Source of the DNA: a virus
Direction: 5' to 3' (one strand)
Virus record (IMG/VR): IMGVR_UViG_3300045988_050593
Location: 1 to 42,658 of that record
Length of the DNA: 42,658 nt
The notes under the pieces were generated by a model that ran no database searches, was not told the DNA's origin, and was given only the letters and a program-made list of their open reading frames with translations. Positions 1-7,671 of the stretch are shown here, piece after piece. The position numbers and the translations under genes were made by a program. Positions within the stretch are counted from its first letter, which is position 1. Every line of letters starts with the position of its first letter.

Positions 1-62
1 TGATTTACACTGTCGATCTTGCGCTCGACATTGGCAAAATCAGAGGTCAGCACGTAGCCATC
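1..62. repeat. Terminal direct repeat, identical to 42597-42658
   Basis: Both ends read tgatttacactgtcgatcttgcgctcgacattggcaaaatcagaggtcagcacgtagccatc. Confidence 0.95.
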
Positions 63-251
63 TACGACGCCGCCGGAGTTGCCGTTGCCGAAGCCGTTTC
101 CGCCCCAGTTGCCGCCCCAGCCGCAGAACACGAAGAGGAAAAGAATAATAATCCACCACGCGCCACCGTCTCCGCCAAAGCCAAAGCCTCCGTTGTTGTT
201 TGTGACCGCCGCAATGTCAGCGGGGGTCATTTCGCTGGTTGTAAGACTCAT
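1..251 (-). CDS. N-terminal part of a junction-spanning membrane protein (continues 42596 down to 42101, about 248 aa in total)
   Basis: ATG at 251-249 follows the SD GAGAGGAGA. The translation MSLTTSEMTPADIAAVTNNNGGFGFGGDGGAWWIIILFLFVFCGWGGNWGGNGFGNGNSGGVVDGYV runs in frame, without stops, through the repeat into ORF 42101-42649. Confidence 0.75.
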   Translation of the reverse strand, partial: MSLTTSEMTPADIAAVTNNNGGFGFGGDGGAWWIIILFLFVFCGWGGNWGGNGFGNGNSGGVVDGYVLTSDFANVERKIDSVN

Positions 252-297
252 TTTGTTGTCTCCTCTCGTTTATTATCAAAATGCGGCCGCATCCTGA

Positions 298-516
298 TTA
301 CTTCATAAGGCGTTGAAAAGCCGTCGCTGCCTGTTGCAGCTGGTTTAGCTGCTGCTGCGAGATCTTCCCGCTCCGTACGAGCTTTTCTACCTCCGCTTTC
401 GGGTCGCCCTGGAAACTCTGCTGGAACTGCCGGAACTGCTGCATCATCTGCTGGAAATTGCCCATGGGGCCGGGCAGCTTTCCACCGCCAAGTGCCTGAA
501 AAAGCGGGTTAGCCAT
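298..516 (-). CDS. Small Gln-rich hypothetical protein (72 aa)
   Basis: ORF with upstream GGAGGCGGAG SD. It overlaps the stop of the upstream gene by 8 nt. No recognisable domain. Confidence 0.7.
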   Translation of the reverse strand: MANPLFQALGGGKLPGPMGNFQQMMQQFRQFQQSFQGDPKAEVEKLVRSGKISQQQLNQLQQAATAFQRLMK

Positions 517-919
517 CCTGCTCCGCCTCCTTCGCGTTCTTCTTTGCCGGTTTCGCCGTCATGGCCTCAAATTTCGCCGCCAGCGCGTCAAACTCCTGCC
601 GTGTCACATACTCGGTGGCAGGAACGGCTGAGGGCGCGGTGGGCGGCTTTTGCGTGCGCTCCGTGTAGTCGATGATACGCATCGACGGCATTCCGGAGTT
701 GTCGCACGACTTGATGTAGATCGTCGGGTTCTCGCTGTCCCACAGCGCAACAGTGTTGCCCGGAGCGACCATATAGCTCTTGGCTCCTGTCTCGCCTTGG
801 ATCCAGATCATGCCGGTCTGTGGTGCCTGCGTCGGCTGCTGCCGAAGCTGCGCAAGGTTGTCCGGCATCGGAGCCGGAAAATACGGGTTCTGGTAACCTC
901 CATAGTACGGGTACGCCAT
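509..919 (-). CDS. Hypothetical protein (136 aa) with a Pro/Tyr/Gln-rich N-terminus and a compact beta-rich core
   Basis: ATG sits directly after the upstream stop (TAAATG) with an AAGGA SD. The core reads WIQGETGAKSYMVAPGNTVALWDSENPTIYIKS. Function unknown. Confidence 0.7.
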   Translation of the reverse strand: MAYPYYGGYQNPYFPAPMPDNLAQLRQQPTQAPQTGMIWIQGETGAKSYMVAPGNTVALWDSENPTIYIKSCDNSGMPSMRIIDYTERTQKPPTAPSAVPATEYVTRQEFDALAAKFEAMTAKPAKKNAKEAEQDG

Positions 920-1300
920 TTAGCTCATCCTTTCCCAGTAATAAATTGCTGTTTCGTTCCCACTGTCCCATGTGTCGTAGTAGTTCCCATTCTCAGCCGC
1001 CACTACATGGGATTGCAGCGCGATTACATACGGCCCGCCCTGATGGTCCCGCACAAAGTCAGAGACGGTGTAGCACTCCGGGCAGGAGTCAGGCAAAGCA
1101 CGTCGCCGGAAGCCCTTGCGCTTTAGGTACGCGCCCAACACAGCGTTTGCACTCGGCATGTCGCAAAACTCCATGCCTACCACACACAGGCCGACATACG
1201 TCTCGTCCCACGTCTGGCCGAGCGCCTTAGAGATTGCCCGGACAGTGCAGTCGCCTACCCTCGCCGCCGTGGGATTTGCGTTGTACGCGCAGAACATCAC
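920..1300 (-). CDS. Hypothetical Cys/His-containing protein (126 aa)
   Basis: ORF with an ATGA overlap to the upstream small ORF. Motifs GDCTVRAI ... HVVAAENGNYYDTWDSG suggest a possible papain-like Cys/His arrangement, which is speculative. Confidence 0.7.
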   Translation of the reverse strand: MMFCAYNANPTAARVGDCTVRAISKALGQTWDETYVGLCVVGMEFCDMPSANAVLGAYLKRKGFRRRALPDSCPECYTVSDFVRDHQGGPYVIALQSHVVAAENGNYYDTWDSGNETAIYYWERMS

Positions 1301-1443
1301 GCGACCTCGGCGCAGGACTCGCAGATCATCACAATGTGGTCTAAAAGTTCAGGGCTTGCGCCAAAAAGTGATACGATCGCCGCCGCGTCGTCTGGCGGTA
1401 TGTTCGCCGCGACAAGCCGGTCGAAGTAATTCATTTCCTTCAT
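1297..1443 (-). CDS. Small hypothetical protein (48 aa), first gene of the post-lysis accessory cluster
   Basis: Own translation: MKEMNYFDRLVAANIPPDDAAAIVSLFGASPELLDHIVMICESCAEVA. AAAAGGGG precedes the ATG and the stop overlaps the next start (ATGA). The ORF is below the ORF-track size cutoff. Confidence 0.5.
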   Translation of the reverse strand: MKEMNYFDRLVAANIPPDDAAAIVSLFGASPELLDHIVMICESCAEVA

Positions 1444-1471
1444 CCCCTTTTATTTACATTTATAGCGTAAC

Positions 1472-1516
1472 AAAAAAAGACCCGCCGCATGGCCAAAGTA
1501 AGGCCAAACGACGGGC
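1472..1516 (-). terminator. Rho-independent terminator T2 (second of a tandem pair)
   Basis: On the minus strand, GCCCGTCGTTTGGCC / GGCCATGCGGCGGGT form a stem of about 14 bp with one mismatch and G-U pairs, followed by TTTTTTT. Confidence 0.7.
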
Positions 1517-1557
1517 AAAAAGTAAAGCGCCGTCTGATTATTCAGACGGCGCTTTAC
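1516..1557 (-). terminator. Rho-independent terminator T1
   Basis: Perfect 16-bp inverted repeat gtaaagcgccgtctga / tcagacggcgctttac with a 4-nt loop that contains the stop codon of the 65-aa gene. TTTTT follows on the minus strand. Confidence 0.8.
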
Positions 1558-1735
1558 TCCGGATGGAGTGCAATATGTTTTTGACGGTTCCGCGGCTGAC
1601 GTACATTTCGGCGGCGATGTCCTCGATTTGCCAGCCTCTTTTGTAGTATAGTCTAAAAACCTTCCTTTCGCGGTCGGAGAGATACGGGCACGATTCCATG
1701 CGCCGCAGCTCCGACACAGTGTACCGGTATTTCAT
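1538..1735 (-). CDS. Stand-alone sigma-70 region-4 / LuxR-type HTH protein (65 aa)
   Basis: LSDRERKVFRLYYKRGWQIEDIAAEMYVSRGTVKNILHSIRSK matches the ECF-sigma region 4.2 pattern. SD is GGAGGGC. Confidence 0.8.
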   Translation of the reverse strand: MKYRYTVSELRRMESCPYLSDRERKVFRLYYKRGWQIEDIAAEMYVSRGTVKNILHSIRSKAPSE

Positions 1736-1780
1736 TCGATGCCCTCCGAGGGCGGTCAGCGTTCCAAACCTCCCGCCCGG

Positions 1781-3220
1781 TTATTTTTTTAGATACTTCG
1801 CGCTCGCGTACCCCGTCTTGCCGCTCTTGGTTTGGACGTAGTACCACACCGCGCCGCTCTCAACCTCTTTGCAGTAGTACCCGTACCACGTCACGGTCTG
1901 GCCTTTGGCAACAGTCTCCTGCACCGCACCGTCGATTGGGAGCCTCCTCACGTTCAGTCCGGTTTTCGCGGTAACAGTCAGCTTCACGCCCGTCCCGCAG
2001 CCGGATTCCCGCTGCATCGGCTCAACACGGGATTTCGCGGCCTTTTTCGTCAGGCGGTTGCCCGTTCCGTTCTTGACCCAGATTCCGAGCTTGCCACGCA
2101 CTTTCCGTCCCTGCTCGTACAGTTTGGTTGGCGTCACGACCGCCGTCGAGCCGCCGCCGTCGAAGTTGACGGCGGTTTTATACCCCAGCGCGATAATGCC
2201 GGAGGCAAACTGCTCGAGCGTCACGCCGCTTTTCGACGTCGCCCAGACGATGGCGCAGCGCTTGTCGTTCCACGCGAAAGCGGTTCTTGCTCTTGAGCCG
2301 GTCAGCCCGGCCGGGGCAATGTCAAACGCCTTTTTACCGTCTCGCACGAGGATAGGATAAGCCCCGAGCCAGTCTGCCGCGCCGACGTTGTTCATGTAGC
2401 TCAGGACGGGTTCTTTGCCCATTCTGAGTGCAACACCGAGCGTCTGCGGCACGTACTGCGCCTTGCCGTTATGGACAACACCCGAGGCAGGCGCGAAGGT
2501 TTTCATATTGAAAAGCTCCGCGTTGCAGATCACGTCCGGTGTCCTGCCGTTCCATGTCTTTCTCTGCGCCGCCGCCGTGACCGTCTCGCCCTTTCCCACC
2601 ATGGGAATATAGCCGATGTGGTCGATGTTCTTCAGCGGCACGCTGTACTCTTCGATTTTCACCGCATCCTCCTTCCCAGCAATGGCGCAGGCGATGGCGC
2701 AGCAGATGCCGCCGACATTGCCGCGCCACAGCTCCATGTCGTCCGCGTCGTCCAAAAAGCAGATTTCCAGGAGATTCGCCTTGACACCCGCCCGCGCCGC
2801 CGTGTTGATGACGGCCAGGTTCCCCGATTTTACAGACCGGCGCGTAAAACCACACTTTGAAACGGCGTCGAGGATTTTGTACTCAAACCCCGATTTTTCG
2901 CCCGCTGACGGGTAAAAAATTTCGACGCCGGTCGTTTCACCGTCGCCGCTTAAATCGTTCGCGCCCGCGTTAAAATGGAGCTCAAGGACGTAGTCGTAGT
3001 CTGTAAAGTTCGCCCGCTTTTTGAGCTGGCCGTTCTGGTAGTCGTAGTACGCGTTCCGGGCCGGGTCGTACTGGTCGGCCGTCGCGTACATATTCAGCTC
3101 GTCGCAGACATAGTCCGACGCGATCCGCGTCTGCTCCGCCTCCTTGTACTGCGTCCCGCCGATCTGCGCCACGGCGCCGGGATCGCCCGCGCCGTGTCCG
3201 GCGATGATGAGGATTTTCAT
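1781..3220 (-). CDS. Endolysin: N-acetylmuramoyl-L-alanine amidase (Amidase_3-like), a phosphodiester-glycosidase (NAGPA)-like domain and a C-terminal SH3-like domain
   Basis: The N-terminus reads MKILIIAGHGAGDPGA ... LELHFNAG ... EICFLDD. The middle domain ends in NFDGGGSTAV. The C-terminus reads LNVRRLP ... WYYVQT ... GYASAKYL. Confidence 0.9.
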   Translation of the reverse strand: MKILIIAGHGAGDPGAVAQIGGTQYKEAEQTRIASDYVCDELNMYATADQYDPARNAYYDYQNGQLKKRANFTDYDYVLELHFNAGANDLSGDGETTGVEIFYPSAGEKSGFEYKILDAVSKCGFTRRSVKSGNLAVINTAARAGVKANLLEICFLDDADDMELWRGNVGGICCAIACAIAGKEDAVKIEEYSVPLKNIDHIGYIPMVGKGETVTAAAQRKTWNGRTPDVICNAELFNMKTFAPASGVVHNGKAQYVPQTLGVALRMGKEPVLSYMNNVGAADWLGAYPILVRDGKKAFDIAPAGLTGSRARTAFAWNDKRCAIVWATSKSGVTLEQFASGIIALGYKTAVNFDGGGSTAVVTPTKLYEQGRKVRGKLGIWVKNGTGNRLTKKAAKSRVEPMQRESGCGTGVKLTVTAKTGLNVRRLPIDGAVQETVAKGQTVTWYGYYCKEVESGAVWYYVQTKSGKTGYASAKYLKK

Positions 3221-3396
3221 TCCTTCACCGCCTGAGTCCCGAAGTAGAACGCGATGACCGTCGTGAAGATCGTCATGAACTGCGTCTCGGACAGTCTCCC
3301 CATCGCCGCCAGAGCCGCAAAAACGCCGGTCAGCGTGAGTGTCACGAGGCTCTTGACGGTCAGCAGCTTTACAAGCCGATCGATGAGCTTATTCAT
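3217..3396 (-). CDS. Putative holin (59 aa, two predicted TM helices)
   Basis: Internal start MNKLIDRLVKLLTVKSLVTLTLTGVFAALAAMGRLSETQFMTIFTTVIAFYFGTQAVKE. It lies immediately upstream of the endolysin with a 4-nt overlap. The longer 113-aa ORF-track version has an implausible Arg/Ser/Thr-rich N-terminus. Confidence 0.7.
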   Translation of the reverse strand: MNKLIDRLVKLLTVKSLVTLTLTGVFAALAAMGRLSETQFMTIFTTVIAFYFGTQAVKE

Positions 3397-3643
3397 GGGC
3401 AAAATACCGCGCGACGGCGTTGTCCGTCTCCCCGGGCTGCACGCTGTCCTGCAATCTGCGGACGAAGTCGGTGAACTCCTGATACTCTCCCAGCTCCGCG
3501 CCGCCCTCGCCGACGTCCCAGCCCATGCGGTTGGCGTACTCGTAGGACGCGTCGCCAATGTCCATGTTCATTTCGTCGCCGATTTTCGCGATCTCGAAGC
3601 GGCCTTTGTGGAATCTGTTCTCCGTGTAGTTTCTTTTTTCCAT
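3389..3643 (-). CDS. Hypothetical acidic protein (84 aa)
   Basis: Strong SD TAAGGAGGAT. The ORF overlaps the holin start. Confidence 0.7.
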   Translation of the reverse strand: MEKRNYTENRFHKGRFEIAKIGDEMNMDIGDASYEYANRMGWDVGEGGAELGEYQEFTDFVRRLQDSVQPGETDNAVARYFAHE

Positions 3644-3655
3644 GATATATCCTCC

Positions 3656-4000
3656 TTAATTCGCCCGTCTGAGGGGCAGTTTGTTTACTTCGCTCATGAC
3701 GACGTCCGCGTCCCCGTTCCCGCCGAGGCCGTTGTGGTAGCTGTCGTGCATGGCGTTCAGGATTCGGCGGTCGTCAAAGTCGATTTCTCCCGCCTCGATG
3801 TACTTCTGGCCGAGATACCGGATGCGGTCGAGCATCACGATCTTTTGCGATTCGCACAGGGCAAGGATCTTCGCGTCGCGCGTTTTCTCCGCCTCCGCGC
3901 GATTTTTCTCATGTTTCTCGCGCCGTTTGAGCGCGGCGGCGGCAAAGGCGCACACGATAGATGCCGTCGCCGTGATCGCCGCGCAGATTATGTCTCCCAT
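3656..4000 (-). CDS. Membrane-anchored protein of the lysis region (114 aa)
   Basis: Start chosen at MGDIICAAITATASIVCAFAAAAL (AAGGAG SD 6 nt upstream). It has an N-terminal TM helix and then a charged coiled segment. Function unknown. Confidence 0.65.
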   Translation of the reverse strand: MGDIICAAITATASIVCAFAAAALKRREKHEKNRAEAEKTRDAKILALCESQKIVMLDRIRYLGQKYIEAGEIDFDDRRILNAMHDSYHNGLGGNGDADVVMSEVNKLPLRRAN

Positions 4001-4122
4001 GGTCGGCTCCTTACAAGTGGATTGTTCCAAGCCCCCTTGCTTTTACTTCACATTTCTGCTATATTTTAGTCAGATTGTGAAGTTTGGCGCGGCGTCCCGT
4101 TTTGGGGCGTCGCGTCGCTTTT

Positions 4123-4302
4123 TTACACCAACGTGCCGCCGTACTCGCTCGGAACGAGGTCGGGCAGGCCGCAGTCGTTAATCAGCACGTCCGCGACCTG
4201 TGCTTTCAGTTTCTCCGGCACGTCGGAAAACTCCCACGCGCCGCCGGTTTTGGGGTTCTTCGCACCCATACAAATTTTGCTGGCATAGAGCATCGCCATC
4301 AT
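4123..4302 (-). CDS. Small protein downstream of the tail fibre genes (59 aa)
   Basis: Internal start MMAMLYASKICMGAKNPKTGGAWEFSDVPEKLKAQVADVLINDCGLPDLV with SD GAAGGGAGA. The position and the F..VP..LK..V pattern are typical of small post-fibre proteins in Firmicutes prophages. The upstream part of the 136-aa ORF is Arg/Pro-rich junk. Confidence 0.6.
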   Translation of the reverse strand: MMAMLYASKICMGAKNPKTGGAWEFSDVPEKLKAQVADVLINDCGLPDLVPSEYGGTLV

Positions 4303-4357
4303 TACATAGTCTCCCTTCAATAAAATATATACACTTAACGCCAGATCGGCGAGAGTG

Positions 4358-4573
4358 TCACGCATAGACCACATCGGCCATTTCGAGGATGCAGTCTTCC
4401 AAAAAGGTCTGCTGCTCGGATTGAAGTTTGAGTTGGGCTTTGAGTTTGGTGTTTTCCGCGGCGAGGGCTTCAGCGTCGGCCGTCTCCTGCGTCGGTGCGT
4501 AGTAGCGGGTGCCGTCGGCGGCTTCGCGCTCAACGTAGCCCTTGCGCGGCGGGAGTGTTGGGCGGGTAATCAT
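4358..4573 (-). CDS. Small coiled-coil protein after the tail fibre (71 aa)
   Basis: Start MITRPTLPPRKGYV with SD AAGGAGG and an ATGA overlap with the fibre stop. The C-terminus reads LKAQLKLQSEQQTFLEDCILEMADVVYA. Confidence 0.65.
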   Translation of the reverse strand: MITRPTLPPRKGYVEREAADGTRYYAPTQETADAEALAAENTKLKAQLKLQSEQQTFLEDCILEMADVVYA

Positions 4574-6081
4574 GTGGTTGCCTCCTTTGCTTTGATGTAG
4601 GCATAGGCGCCGTCGATCGAAACTACCGGTAACTGCGAAAGCGAGAAATTCGCAACCTCCCCTGCGTTGTAGTCGCTGTTTGTCATATCGCGTAGGCCAT
4701 ACCAACCAGTAAAAATGAGTTCGCCGTTCAAAGCCGAAACGGATTTAATGCTCATGTAAGTACCGATGGTTCTATTGTTCCAATCGCCAGTTATATCGGT
4801 CGTATAATATACATACGAGCTACGCACCGGGAGCTGGGATGAGAAAGAATATAGCCCAACAACCCAAAGCCCGGCGATATACGCAATCGTGCTCGCGTAG
4901 TCGATCGAACCTGTCAGAATGATGTTTTTTGTAGTCCACGAGCCGGAAATATCTGTTGAATACCAGACGCGCGGGCCAGTGGGGTTCTCCCGGTTAGTCC
5001 ACCCGCAAGCTACCCACATTCCCCCTCCATACTCAACGTCAACAAGTTGGGTGCCATACGCATCCCCAGTATACGGGACTGTTGTCTGCAACCATGTCCC
5101 TGACAAGTTGGAGGAATACAATATTGCCGGTTGATAGGACGTGCTGCCGTTGCCATTGATGGAGTCGCTTGTTGCTGTTACCCAAAGACCATTTCTGTAT
5201 TTTATAGATGTTGCCGACGCGCTATCGAGGTTGGCAATTACATTTTCTGTCAGGGATGTAGACGGAGAGCCGCCGAACCATATAGTGGGGCGTCCATAAA
5301 GCAGACTATCAGCCGACCAATCGGTTCCGTAAGCGGTTGCTCCACCAACAACAAATGTCCCATTCTCCCACGCGAGTGAACGCACACAGCCTTTTTTGGA
5401 GCTTATCACTTTTTCTGTCCAGTTTCCTGATACAGCCGGGTCGCCTGTGCAATATCGGATGGCGGGATAATCCCCTCTTGCGCCGCCAACTACGAAAGTG
5501 CCATTTGCATAGATAATACAATATGCGCTCCCAGTTGCTCCCGCTGGGGACGTCTGTACAAGCGCCGAATTAACTGTGGGCAAGTCATCACAAACGAGCA
5601 CTTGCGCCCTTTCACTGTCTCGACCATTAAGCGCATATACATATTTCCCATTTCCGTATGCTACGCCAACGACGCGAACGGGAGCCGAGCTTGCGGACGA
5701 AAATTTTACATATGCGCTATTTCCAGCCCCACCGGAAGTAAATGTATTGATTAGATATGGCTTTAAGCTTGGATAATAGTCCACGTCAACGGATTCACCG
5801 TTGCAAAGGAGCCACGAGTCATCGAGGTCTGTTCTTGCCGTTACCTTCATATCACCAACGCGAAAGCGTGAGCCGCTAAGGCGACTTAACGCCTCATCCA
5901 CCGTCGGGTCTCCCGTCAGCCCGAGTGCAGTTGCGGTGGTGTCCTTGAGTAAGGTGTCCTTGTTGAGCGGTGTGCCTTCCTGCGTCGGGCTGTCGGCGCG
6001 TACCATGTCGTATGTGTTGGTCTGCCCGGAGACGGGCGTGAGCGTTACTCGCCCCGGATAACGGGGAACTCTGTCTTTCAT
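4570..6081 (-). CDS. Tail fibre / receptor-binding protein with about seven beta-propeller-like repeats
   Basis: The N-terminus RYPGRVTLTPVSGQTNTYDMVRADSPTQEGTPLNKDTLL is typical of prophage fibre N-termini. Repeated units are YGNGKYVYA, YANGTFVVGG, WENGTFVVGG, YRNGLWVTA, YGGGMWVACG, YIAGLWVVG and LNGELIFTG. Confidence 0.8.
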   Translation of the reverse strand: MKDRVPRYPGRVTLTPVSGQTNTYDMVRADSPTQEGTPLNKDTLLKDTTATALGLTGDPTVDEALSRLSGSRFRVGDMKVTARTDLDDSWLLCNGESVDVDYYPSLKPYLINTFTSGGAGNSAYVKFSSASSAPVRVVGVAYGNGKYVYALNGRDSERAQVLVCDDLPTVNSALVQTSPAGATGSAYCIIYANGTFVVGGARGDYPAIRYCTGDPAVSGNWTEKVISSKKGCVRSLAWENGTFVVGGATAYGTDWSADSLLYGRPTIWFGGSPSTSLTENVIANLDSASATSIKYRNGLWVTATSDSINGNGSTSYQPAILYSSNLSGTWLQTTVPYTGDAYGTQLVDVEYGGGMWVACGWTNRENPTGPRVWYSTDISGSWTTKNIILTGSIDYASTIAYIAGLWVVGLYSFSSQLPVRSSYVYYTTDITGDWNNRTIGTYMSIKSVSALNGELIFTGWYGLRDMTNSDYNAGEVANFSLSQLPVVSIDGAYAYIKAKEATT

Positions 6082-6092
6082 ATGCTAACCTC

Positions 6093-6770
6093 CTAAACTT
6101 CCCCGGAGTACAGTTCTCCGGCGTAGTACCATACCGCCATCATGTTTGTGATGAGCGCGTCGACGTCGAGCAGGATTCGTTCGATGTCGTTTGCTTCGGC
6201 ATAGGTCAGTTTTTCCATGTCTGCCGGTGTTTCCGGCGTGTCTGTATACACCACAAGGGCTGCGCGGATTGCGGCAACGTCGGCGAGATACGCGGTAAGC
6301 TGCGCGGGCGTGGGGATGTCCGTCACCATCCAGTCGATTTTCGGTGCTACCGTGACAGAATACCCCTGCGTATTCAGCCGCCCCGCAACGTAATTCACTG
6401 CCGAGCCGACGCGGTTTAAGTCCGTGGCGTTGTACGCGCCTTTCAGCCCCGCGTTCCACTCCGCTTTCTCTGCGTCGGTCATGCCAGCATCGCCTTTTTG
6501 GGCGAGCAACGCGACGCGGTCAACGTCCGCTTGCGTTCGGTCGGTAATGAGCTTCAGCAGGCCGTAGTAAAGCGTAAACTCAAAGTTTGTGCTTGTCCCG
6601 GCGCTGTTGATGGCGGTAAGGGCGACGAGGTACGTGTCGTCGCTTGCCCTGTCCGCGATTGCCTGCCATGCCGTACCTACCAGCGTCCATGTGTACGCCT
6701 TGCCGTTTACCGTACCAGAGACATACACAATATCGGACGGGAGAGATACGGTGATTTCCTGCGTGCTCAT
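6093..6770 (-). CDS. Tail fibre-associated protein (225 aa)
   Basis: It sits in the fibre block. Motifs: ITDRTQADVDRV ... LKGAYNATDLNRV ... DIPTPAQLTAYLADVAAIR. The C-terminus is YYAGELYSGEV. Confidence 0.7.
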   Translation of the reverse strand: MSTQEITVSLPSDIVYVSGTVNGKAYTWTLVGTAWQAIADRASDDTYLVALTAINSAGTSTNFEFTLYYGLLKLITDRTQADVDRVALLAQKGDAGMTDAEKAEWNAGLKGAYNATDLNRVGSAVNYVAGRLNTQGYSVTVAPKIDWMVTDIPTPAQLTAYLADVAAIRAALVVYTDTPETPADMEKLTYAEANDIERILLDVDALITNMMAVWYYAGELYSGEV

Positions 6771-7669
6771 TCGATTGTGACCGAGATGACCATCGTTTTA
6801 CCTGCGTCAACCGGGTTCGGCGTGATCGTCGCCGATTTGATAACGGGGACGGAGGTATCAAGCGTGACCGTGCGCGTGACCGTGGACACCTTGCCCGCCG
6901 CGTCTGTCGCGGTAACAACGATAGTGTTCGAGCCTTCGGTGAGCGTGACCGCCTTGGTAAACGCGCCGCCCGTGCCGACCGTGACTGCGCCCTGATCGAC
7001 GCCGTTGAGCTTGACCTTGATCGTGACCGGCGACGAGGTCGCGTCGTTCGTCGTACCAGCGACCGTGAGGGACGAGTTGTTTGTGATGAGGTTGTCCACC
7101 GGAGCCGTGATGTTGAGCGTCGGCGGCACGGTGTCGACCGTGTACGTCGTGGATTTCTGATTTGCGCTGTTGCCGTCGTGGTCTTTGCAGTCGACCGTGA
7201 CGGTGTGGGAGCCGTCGCCGAGGGCGGAAGCGGGCGTATACGTCACGCTGTAGCCGTTGGTGATGGCCGTATTGGTCAGCGTCGCCGCAGCGACCGCCGT
7301 GCCGTCGAGCTTGACGACAAGCGACGTCAGATCAACGCCGGAGCCTTCCGCCTCGTCCGTGATTGTAAACACGACCGGCTGCTTGTTGTTGGACACATAC
7401 GCGCCGGAAGACGGGGAGACGATCGTGATAACCGGAGCGACGCGCTCTTTGACGTAGAGCTTTAAGCCGGATACCGTCGACGCATCGGCCGACGCGGTCG
7501 TGCCTGCCGTGTTGGTGGCTTCGACCTTGACGTTGTAATACCCGCCGCTCTGGTTATAGGACGTCTTTCCGGGCGCTGTGATCGACGCCTCGTATTTGCC
7601 TGTGGACGCGTTGAGCGTCAGGTTATGCCATGTGCCATTTACTTGCGCGCGAACTGTTTTGATTGCCAT
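6767..7669 (-). CDS. Ig-like (Big) domain repeat tail protein (300 aa)
   Basis: Several beta-sandwich repeats of about 90 aa rich in T/V/S (PVITIVSPSSGAYV..., VPPTLNITAPVDNLITNNSSLTVAGT..., TSVPVIKSATITPNPV). Confidence 0.75.
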   Translation of the reverse strand: MAIKTVRAQVNGTWHNLTLNASTGKYEASITAPGKTSYNQSGGYYNVKVEATNTAGTTASADASTVSGLKLYVKERVAPVITIVSPSSGAYVSNNKQPVVFTITDEAEGSGVDLTSLVVKLDGTAVAAATLTNTAITNGYSVTYTPASALGDGSHTVTVDCKDHDGNSANQKSTTYTVDTVPPTLNITAPVDNLITNNSSLTVAGTTNDATSSPVTIKVKLNGVDQGAVTVGTGGAFTKAVTLTEGSNTIVVTATDAAGKVSTVTRTVTLDTSVPVIKSATITPNPVDAGKTMVISVTIE

Positions 7670-7671
7670 AA

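Noticed and set aside
4031-4122. An intrinsic terminator between the small post-fibre gene and the lysis-region genes
   Set aside because: The GC hairpin pairs properly only as plus-strand RNA. On the transcribed minus strand it has a mismatch and no U-tract, so I do not call it.
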